Positions 7,402 to 13,033 of a DNA stretch of 13,033 bases are shown piece by piece. The notes below the pieces were generated by a model, which searched no databases, had not been told where the DNA came from, and worked only from the letters and a program-made list of their open reading frames with translations. The DNA is from Candidatus Thorarchaeota archaeon (GTDB lineage: Archaea; Asgardarchaeota; Thorarchaeia; Thorarchaeales; Thorarchaeaceae): assembly GCA_046482545.1 (NCBI GenBank), contig JAWOEX010000016.1, positions 1 to 13,033 of the forward strand, written 5' to 3'. Every line of letters begins with the position of its first letter. The stretch's first letter is position 1. The position numbers were made by a program, and so were the translations under genes.

Positions 7402-8028
7402 TTGTCGGTTATCCATACGTTCCTAGAAGCGGCCATCATATCTTTCATCACGATCTCTACCAAGTTATGGTGGGATTTGCGCCAATCAGGTTTGGAATTT
7501 GACAAGCAATTCAGAGATAATTTGACTGAATATAAGGAGGAGTACTGGAGTAGGTTTGTAGTTACTCCCCTTTCCAAATTCTTTGAAAAAGCATCCGAGT
7601 TAATAGAAAGCCAACCTCAGGACTATGGTGGTCTAAAAGATGTGTTAGATCACAGAAGCTATGGCTCTACTCTTGAAGAGCATATATTGGAGGCATCGGA
7701 GCAACATGAGGTCTACAGAAGGCTTTCAAATCTCACGACATCTTTCAAGAAAGCCCAAGATTCTCAAAGAACATGGATAGGAAGAACAATCCTAATTCTT
7801 ATTATCTTGCTTGGTACCATTGGAGTTGACTTTATCAATCAATACTTGGTTGATTCGGGTTTTTCAATCAGTTCTGCTCTGATCAGGGTTCCTTGTTTAG
7901 TCATATTCATTGTTTCATGCATAGGATCTCTCTTCACATCCACAAGATTCATTCTAGCATATAATAAGCACCAAGACTTGCAATCCTTTTATTCCAATTG
8001 TCAGGACAAAATCCATGGAGTGAAATAA
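7402..8028 (+). CDS. Hypothetical membrane protein (N-terminal TM, helical soluble region, 2 C-terminal TMs)
   Basis: 208 aa, TTG start 2 nt after the previous stop; hydrophobic segments near residues 5-22, 127-145 and 157-186. Confidence 0.75.
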   Translation: MSVIHTFLEAAIISFITISTKLWWDLRQSGLEFDKQFRDNLTEYKEEYWSRFVVTPLSKFFEKASELIESQPQDYGGLKDVLDHRSYGSTLEEHILEASEQHEVYRRLSNLTTSFKKAQDSQRTWIGRTILILIILLGTIGVDFINQYLVDSGFSISSALIRVPCLVIFIVSCIGSLFTSTRFILAYNKHQDLQSFYSNCQDKIHGVK

Positions 8029-8032
8029 GGCT

Positions 8033-8578
8033 ATGGTCAGGAGAGGAATACGTTATGAAGAAATACTGACAGATATTGTTGTAAGCTATCTTCGGGATAA
8101 ATGCGTTAGATTTGGGTGGCAAATTCCCGCATTGGAGGGAAGAATTGACTTCGTAGGAATTCGAAAATCATATGAGGTAATCGTTATCGAGACCAAGGCG
8201 TCTAATTGGAAAAATGCTCTTTTACAGGCAAATAGGTATCAGCTTTGCAGTGATAAAGCCTATATTGCTGTCCCCCCGAACATAGCTAAAAAGGCAAATG
8301 AACACTCAAAGGTATTCCGAAAGAGAGGGATAGGGCTGATGTGTGTCGATGATTCTATTGAGATTATGATAGGTGCTAGAAAAACGAACCTCTTTGTTCC
8401 CCAATTTCGGCAATATCTACTTCAGGTAACCAAAGAGCGACAAAAAAGAGCTGTAGAGGCGGTAGAGGAATTGGTTGAAAGGCACCTTTCTTCTAATGAT
8501 TCTGACTCTTTTCAGCCAATGGCTTTGGAAGAGCAGAATAAGGCGATGTATTGCGAAGAGGCTTCGGGGATTAGATAA
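8033..8578 (+). CDS. PD-(D/E)XK-superfamily nuclease-like protein
   Basis: 181 aa. N-terminal EE helix, GRIDFVG, VIETK (D...ExK), QANRY (QxxxY), AYIAVP, GIGLM. Confidence 0.8.
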   Translation: MVRRGIRYEEILTDIVVSYLRDKCVRFGWQIPALEGRIDFVGIRKSYEVIVIETKASNWKNALLQANRYQLCSDKAYIAVPPNIAKKANEHSKVFRKRGIGLMCVDDSIEIMIGARKTNLFVPQFRQYLLQVTKERQKRAVEAVEELVERHLSSNDSDSFQPMALEEQNKAMYCEEASGIR

Positions 8579-9906
8579 TGAAAGCGAATAGACCTCAGAG
8601 CTGGATTAGATTTGGCATAAATGCAGAAAAACCAATTCTCACAAGTTGTGTGGATTATTATGATGGCTTAGCTATTCCGGCTCATGTATTTGCTCTATAC
8701 AGAAATTCACTGGGTCAGTCCCTAGTAGAATGGAATAAACCATATTTCATTGACCCTATGACATACGTTTTCCTCAGTAATAGAGCCATTGTTAGAAAAA
8801 ATGGAGGGCCAAGGCTCAGGAAATCATATGAGAAGCTATGCGAGTATGATAAGAGAGCTGAATACTATTTGGGTCTTGATGATTTAGATCCAAATGCATT
8901 AAGCAATACAGAAAGGACTGACTTTGCCGACACCATGGCCCGCTTGGTCGTACAAGTCCAATTGGACGGAATAGCTGTTTCTGGCCCCCAAAAGAGAGTG
9001 AAATCACTTCAAAGAATTCAGAAGCATATGTCTGGGGGCAAGGATCAAAAATTTCCAGCCCCTGCATTTCTTGTAAGTCCATATTTCTTCTTTGAGAATG
9101 TGGGAGATTCGACTTATGAATTATGGAAAAAATCTGTAAAGGCTTTTGAAAAGAAGGTTTCAAAGAAAAATACCGACTTACCGATATACAAGGCAGTATG
9201 CACCGGTCAAGAGACTTTGTCTACTCCCCAAGATATTAGCGTTCTGCTCAGTGATTTAGAAGGTTCCGATGGTGTCTTGCTCTGGATTAGTGATTTTGAA
9301 AATAGTGCCGATAATCCCAATCTTCTTGAAGGTTTCGGAAATCTGGTTAAAGGCATAAAAGAAAGCTCAGCAAAAGTGGTATCATTATATGGGGGGTATC
9401 TTACAGCACTATATTATCACTTTGGGCTCGATAGCCTTAGTTTTGGTCTGAGCTATGGAGATAATAAAGAAGTAGGATCATATGCGACTGGGGGTGGAGC
9501 TCCATCTAGATACTATGATCCGAATCTCCACACCTTCATCACTGCAAACAACGCCGTATTATACTATGGTAAATCTCTTCAGAATGCCAAGCGTTTCTCT
9601 TGTGATTGTAGAATTTGCAGAGACACAAAGCAAGCTCTCCAACAGGAGTCCCAAGAAAGCAAGGTCTTACAGCATCTAGAGGGTATTTTCGAGTTCAAGA
9701 GCAAAGCAAAGGTTAGCGCTGACTGGAGCGATATGCGAAAGCATTTCTTGTTCGTTAGAGAGAAAGAACTTGAAAATATTGGCACCAAAAGCTTGTCTGA
9801 CTTAGGAAAAGAAGCTACTGACAATATGTCAGATCTCGGGAGCTCGGAAGTCCTTGATTTTGAGACCTTAGAGATGACTGAACAACTTGCATCTATCGGC
9901 CCATGA
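8578..9906 (+). CDS. tRNA-guanine-transglycosylase-like TIM-barrel protein with CxCxxC...H Zn site (non-canonical active site)
   Basis: 442 aa, TAATG overlap with the upstream gene. YFIDPMTY sits where TGTs have DSGG; GLDSLSFG, CDCRIC (9601-9618) and a downstream helix RKHFL follow. Confidence 0.6.
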   Translation: MKANRPQSWIRFGINAEKPILTSCVDYYDGLAIPAHVFALYRNSLGQSLVEWNKPYFIDPMTYVFLSNRAIVRKNGGPRLRKSYEKLCEYDKRAEYYLGLDDLDPNALSNTERTDFADTMARLVVQVQLDGIAVSGPQKRVKSLQRIQKHMSGGKDQKFPAPAFLVSPYFFFENVGDSTYELWKKSVKAFEKKVSKKNTDLPIYKAVCTGQETLSTPQDISVLLSDLEGSDGVLLWISDFENSADNPNLLEGFGNLVKGIKESSAKVVSLYGGYLTALYYHFGLDSLSFGLSYGDNKEVGSYATGGGAPSRYYDPNLHTFITANNAVLYYGKSLQNAKRFSCDCRICRDTKQALQQESQESKVLQHLEGIFEFKSKAKVSADWSDMRKHFLFVREKELENIGTKSLSDLGKEATDNMSDLGSSEVLDFETLEMTEQLASIGP

Positions 9907-9922
9907 TTACCGTAAAGAGGTC

Positions 9923-9959
9923 ATAGAATTCCATTTTCATTGGATTTCTATTTCACTTT
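9923..9959 (+). terminator. Possible terminator hairpin after the operon
   Basis: ATAGAATTCCA / TGGATTTCTAT inverted repeat (1 mismatch) followed by a T-rich tract, starting 16 nt after the stop. Confidence 0.35.
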
Positions 9960-9982
9960 GATGGTGGAATCCCACTGGCAAT

Positions 9983-10170
9983 ACGGCAAACCATCTCTTC
10001 TTCTCATAAGAACAATACTACAAAAAACAAACTGATTGAGATATGCTGAGGATGGAGGTACTGCTTTTCTGAGGTTCTGACTCAAATCTTGACAATTCTA
10101 GGTGCAGCACGAGGCATACTTTCGGTCTGCTCGCCTCGGACATTAGTAGCGGTGAGCTGAACACCTCGCC
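9983..10170. repeat. Dispersed repeat, copy 5 (full length)
   Basis: ACGG-N8-CTCTTCT start, diverged A-rich linker, core at 10043-10053, ends at GAACACCTCGCC. Confidence 0.95.
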
Positions 10171-10234
10171 GGAGCTCTGATGTATCCGGTTCTATGCTGG
10201 TCAGATCCGAAGAAAATCAAGTAAGGCGCTTCAT

Positions 10235-11086
10235 CTATTCGAGATATCCCATTTTCTTCACAAACAGCACATAGACACCTATGAGAGCAATGGCCGCTAC
10301 TACGCCAATAATCGGGTGGGTTATGTTGGGATTGTCCAGCAGACCGTTTTCCACCTTGACCATGCCCAAAAAACTTGCATTTCCTCTCTCGCCACGGATA
10401 TCGTAGGCGACAACAGACACGTTGTACCAACCGTTTTCATACTCGTACGTGTGCCAGACAAGGTCTATATCGACATCGCCTAGATCAGATTCCCGGAAGA
10501 CCTTTTCCGCGACCACTGTTCCGTTGGCAAGCAGTTCAACTTCCCTGATAGCAAAACAGTCGTCCCATGCACTCGCATCTATCACCATGTCACCACGTAC
10601 CGTTCCGCTAACGGCAGCAGCTCTAGCACGAGGCGGTTCGGTGTTCGTCCTGATCGTAAGCTCAACCCGCGCGCTGTAAAGGAGATACGGAGTATCTGAG
10701 GCTTTCGAGAAATACACGTACCACTGGTCTGTGTGTGATGCGGTGAAATTCCAATAATATTCGTGACCGTTGTCACGCGGACAATCCTGCTGTTTGTACG
10801 GCTTTTCTGGCTCGGTATCGTTTTGAATCCGGTAATGGTCAGCCTGATCAACGATGAAGAATCGCACACCTTCGCCTTCTTCTATGCTGAACCAGCCGGC
10901 CATGGCGTCCCCTTCTTCTAGAGATGCGCTGTACCACTTGCGCTTGCCAGCCAATAACTCAAATTGCTCATCTTGGACAATATTCGTAGCATGTGCTGGC
11001 TGAGGGATTTGACCGATGAACATGACACTGGTTGCTACAAGCAATATCAGAGATACTAACGCTAACTTCCTCCTCACTGTAACCAC
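10235..11086 (-). CDS. Membrane-anchored surface protein (signal peptide, GOLD/emp24-like beta-sandwich, Ig-like domain, C-terminal TM)
   Basis: 283 aa. RRK plus hydrophobic core plus AHA signal; LEEGD..GWFSI..VRFFIVD..YYWNFTA..WYVYFS; Ig-like VELLANG..WHT..ENGWYNVSVVAYD; C-terminal TM followed by KK. Confidence 0.8.
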   Translation of the reverse strand: MVTVRRKLALVSLILLVATSVMFIGQIPQPAHATNIVQDEQFELLAGKRKWYSASLEEGDAMAGWFSIEEGEGVRFFIVDQADHYRIQNDTEPEKPYKQQDCPRDNGHEYYWNFTASHTDQWYVYFSKASDTPYLLYSARVELTIRTNTEPPRARAAAVSGTVRGDMVIDASAWDDCFAIREVELLANGTVVAEKVFRESDLGDVDIDLVWHTYEYENGWYNVSVVAYDIRGERGNASFLGMVKVENGLLDNPNITHPIIGVVAAIALIGVYVLFVKKMGYLE

Positions 11087-11111
11087 ATTCGTATATTGTT
11101 TCTCGTTTCAT

Positions 11112-11125
11112 TACTTAAATTTTGC
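11112..11125 (-). promoter_or_regulatory. Putative BRE/TATA for the 283 aa gene
   Basis: GCAAAA-TTTAAGTA on the minus strand about 26 nt upstream of GTG 11086, a leaderless-type spacing. Confidence 0.45.
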
Positions 11126-11222
11126 AGGTATTTCGGGAGCAGTTGGGAATACAGCACTCATGTAACTGATTTCTTCAGTAGCTTGTCATGATAGTATCAA
11201 GGGCGAATCGCAGTCTATATTG

Positions 11223-12617
11223 CTATTCGTAGGGCTGTTTGAGAATGATTTCCACGGTCACTGTCAGGGTGCAATCTGTCGAGTTGGAATCCTCCCTGAA
11301 GTACTGTACAGCCCATGTGAAGTTGCCATAGCTATCCCCAATGAAAGTAAGCCCACCTCCTGTGTCGGGATGCTCCCGGTCAATCAACATGGCATAGCCA
11401 CTAAAGAGGTTGATTTTGCCCTCTTCACTCATCTCCAAAAAGTCCTCAAGAGGATATTGCACTAACCCAAATCGAGCGTTGAGCGGCTCAGGACAACTAC
11501 CCCAATTGATGATTGTGATTGTGAGCTTATAGGCATTCTGTCTTCCACTCGGTGGTTCGGGAAGTTCCACCTGACCACACAACCATTCTCCAAGTTGGAT
11601 AACGAAGCCTTCCTCCGGGCTGCTATAAATCACCTCCTCTTGGGGTTCAACTTCCGCGGGGATAGTTAACATACCAGCAAGGGGAATCACCAGCCAGAGC
11701 AGCACAAGTCCGATGACAGCCCCCTGTCGCTGCTGCCTAAGGCGCTTCCTCATCGTCTTCAAGGACTGGACTGCCCCCTGCACTTTGCTTGTTCCGTCCT
11801 GGTCTTCGTCGTCGGCAAAGGCATCTGCTGTTTCCAACCGCCAGCGCTGGATATCCTCTCGGAACACGTAGAGGCCACCGGCTGCGGCTGCCAGTGATAT
11901 GCCTATGAGAACCCCCAGCGGCAGCATGAGATCGCCAAGATAAACCACGAGAGACATGGTCATACTCATATGGGTATCAGTGACAAACTCATGCCGAGAC
12001 AAAAGTACAGTCAGAAACCTATACAGATGATAGAAGCTGAAGAGTGATTTCGAGCCATAGGCTCCTAGTGATTGGGGCGTTGGCCCGAAGAAGAATCCTG
12101 GGAGGATGAACACCGCTGTGTTGAACGCAATGGCGCCCCTCCAGTCATCGATAAGCAGTGTACCAAGAGTACATATTGAAACGAGGATCCACGAAATCAC
12201 CAGACCAGAAAGCAGTGTAACCGGAAAGTCCCAGAGCATGACGGCGAAGCTGAGGTTTGGAAAAGCTTGGGCGGCCATAACGAACGAGATGAAAATCAGT
12301 CCTGAGAACAGCGCAAAGGCCATGATAAACAAGACGAACAAACAGACCGCGAAGACAATGATAGGCCGTCTGCCCTCATCAATAGACCTTGACAGCACGT
12401 TGCGCGAAGTCTCTGTCCCAAAGAACAGAGCTGCCCCCAGCGAGAAAGGTATCCCGTGGAGCAGGACGGTGGCTGACAGGTTGGTCGTATAGATTAGCGC
12501 ACCTAAATACCCAGAGGCTCCTAGAATCGGAAACATGAATGTCAAGGCGAAACTCGCAATGGACGTAATAACCCAGACCAATACTGTTTGTGAAGGCACT
12601 TTGAAGATGTCTTTCAT
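11223..12617 (-). CDS. Polytopic membrane protein (ABC-2 permease-like N-terminal region plus C-terminal extracytoplasmic domain)
   Basis: 464 aa with about 7-8 hydrophobic segments, an acidic/basic linker, a final TM and a roughly 140 aa beta-rich tail. The permease likeness rests on topology only. Confidence 0.75.
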   Translation of the reverse strand: MKDIFKVPSQTVLVWVITSIASFALTFMFPILGASGYLGALIYTTNLSATVLLHGIPFSLGAALFFGTETSRNVLSRSIDEGRRPIIVFAVCLFVLFIMAFALFSGLIFISFVMAAQAFPNLSFAVMLWDFPVTLLSGLVISWILVSICTLGTLLIDDWRGAIAFNTAVFILPGFFFGPTPQSLGAYGSKSLFSFYHLYRFLTVLLSRHEFVTDTHMSMTMSLVVYLGDLMLPLGVLIGISLAAAAGGLYVFREDIQRWRLETADAFADDEDQDGTSKVQGAVQSLKTMRKRLRQQRQGAVIGLVLLWLVIPLAGMLTIPAEVEPQEEVIYSSPEEGFVIQLGEWLCGQVELPEPPSGRQNAYKLTITIINWGSCPEPLNARFGLVQYPLEDFLEMSEEGKINLFSGYAMLIDREHPDTGGGLTFIGDSYGNFTWAVQYFREDSNSTDCTLTVTVEIILKQPYE

Positions 12618-12781
12618 TGGGAAATGTCCCCCATCGCTCTTTCCTGTCTTCTAACCACTATAATACGGGAGTTTTGTCCCTTAGAGTAGTATCTCCTGTG
12701 TACGTGATGAGATGCATACCTGATAGTATTTTCGGTCGTATTCTTGAATGAGATATCATCTCATCATTTCTATCAACGACA

Positions 12782-12938
12782 CTGCAAAAACAAGTCTACT
12801 GAAATAAAATAGATGCTGAGGATGGAGGTACTGATTCTTGAGATTCTGCTCAAATCTTGACAACTCTAGGTGCAGCACGAGCTATATTTTCGATCCGCTC
12901 GTCTCGGACAGTAGTAGCGGTGAGCTGAACACCTCGCC
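12782..12938. repeat. Dispersed repeat, copy 6 (complete right end, lacks the left RCGR-N8-CTC motif)
   Basis: CTGCAAAAACAA start shared with copy 4, core at 12813-12823, ends at GAACACCTCGCC. Confidence 0.95.
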
Positions 12939-13033
12939 GCCACCGGTTATTGTCGCTTCTTGATGTAAAGAACAACAAGGATTACGACTACTCCAGCCGC
13001 GGTACCAGACACAAGCATGAGGAGCAGTGGGTG

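Larger units (their letters stand above)
250..12938. mobile_element. Putative cassette-like array / gene-capture locus delimited by the repeat
   Basis: Six co-oriented intergenic repeats separating five blocks of unrelated accessory genes; no mobilising enzyme in the window. Confidence 0.6.

Noticed and set aside
8578-9906. Calling this gene tgt/dpdA
   Set aside because: It lacks the DSGG signature, and no dpdB/C or queuosine-pathway genes are adjacent.
250-12938. CRISPR array
   Set aside because: Repeats are about 110-190 bp and intervals are 0.6-4.2 kb containing genes; no cas genes.

Overview
An accessory region that looks archaeal (TATA boxes about 25-50 nt before starts, a GAGGTGA ribosome-binding site, GTG/TTG starts). 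An Asgard/Thorarchaeia-like host is my inference only. The dominant structure is six same-orientation copies of a non-coding element (about 157-188 bp when near-complete, two copies shortened) at about 250, 1664, 2355, 5603, 9983 and 12782. All share an invariant ATGCTGAGGAT core, and none interrupts a credible gene. They divide the window into five unrelated cargo blocks of 0.6-4.2 kb: (A) a DUF4268/PD-(D/E)XK-type nuclease; (B) a small membrane protein; (C) a secreted protein, a membrane protein, an oxidoreductase remnant and a TPR protein; (D) a LAGLIDADG-like remnant, a membrane protein and a tight four-gene operon (Panacea/SocA-like wHTH, membrane protein, PD-(D/E)XK nuclease, TGT-like Zn-binding TIM barrel); (E) two membrane/surface proteins. 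The layout resembles an integron cassette array, but the repeat lacks attC box architecture, and no recombinase, transposase or reverse transcriptase lies in the window. It is a candidate undescribed gene-capture/cassette system carrying a candidate undescribed defence operon. All family calls are by-eye motif recognition; no searches were run.
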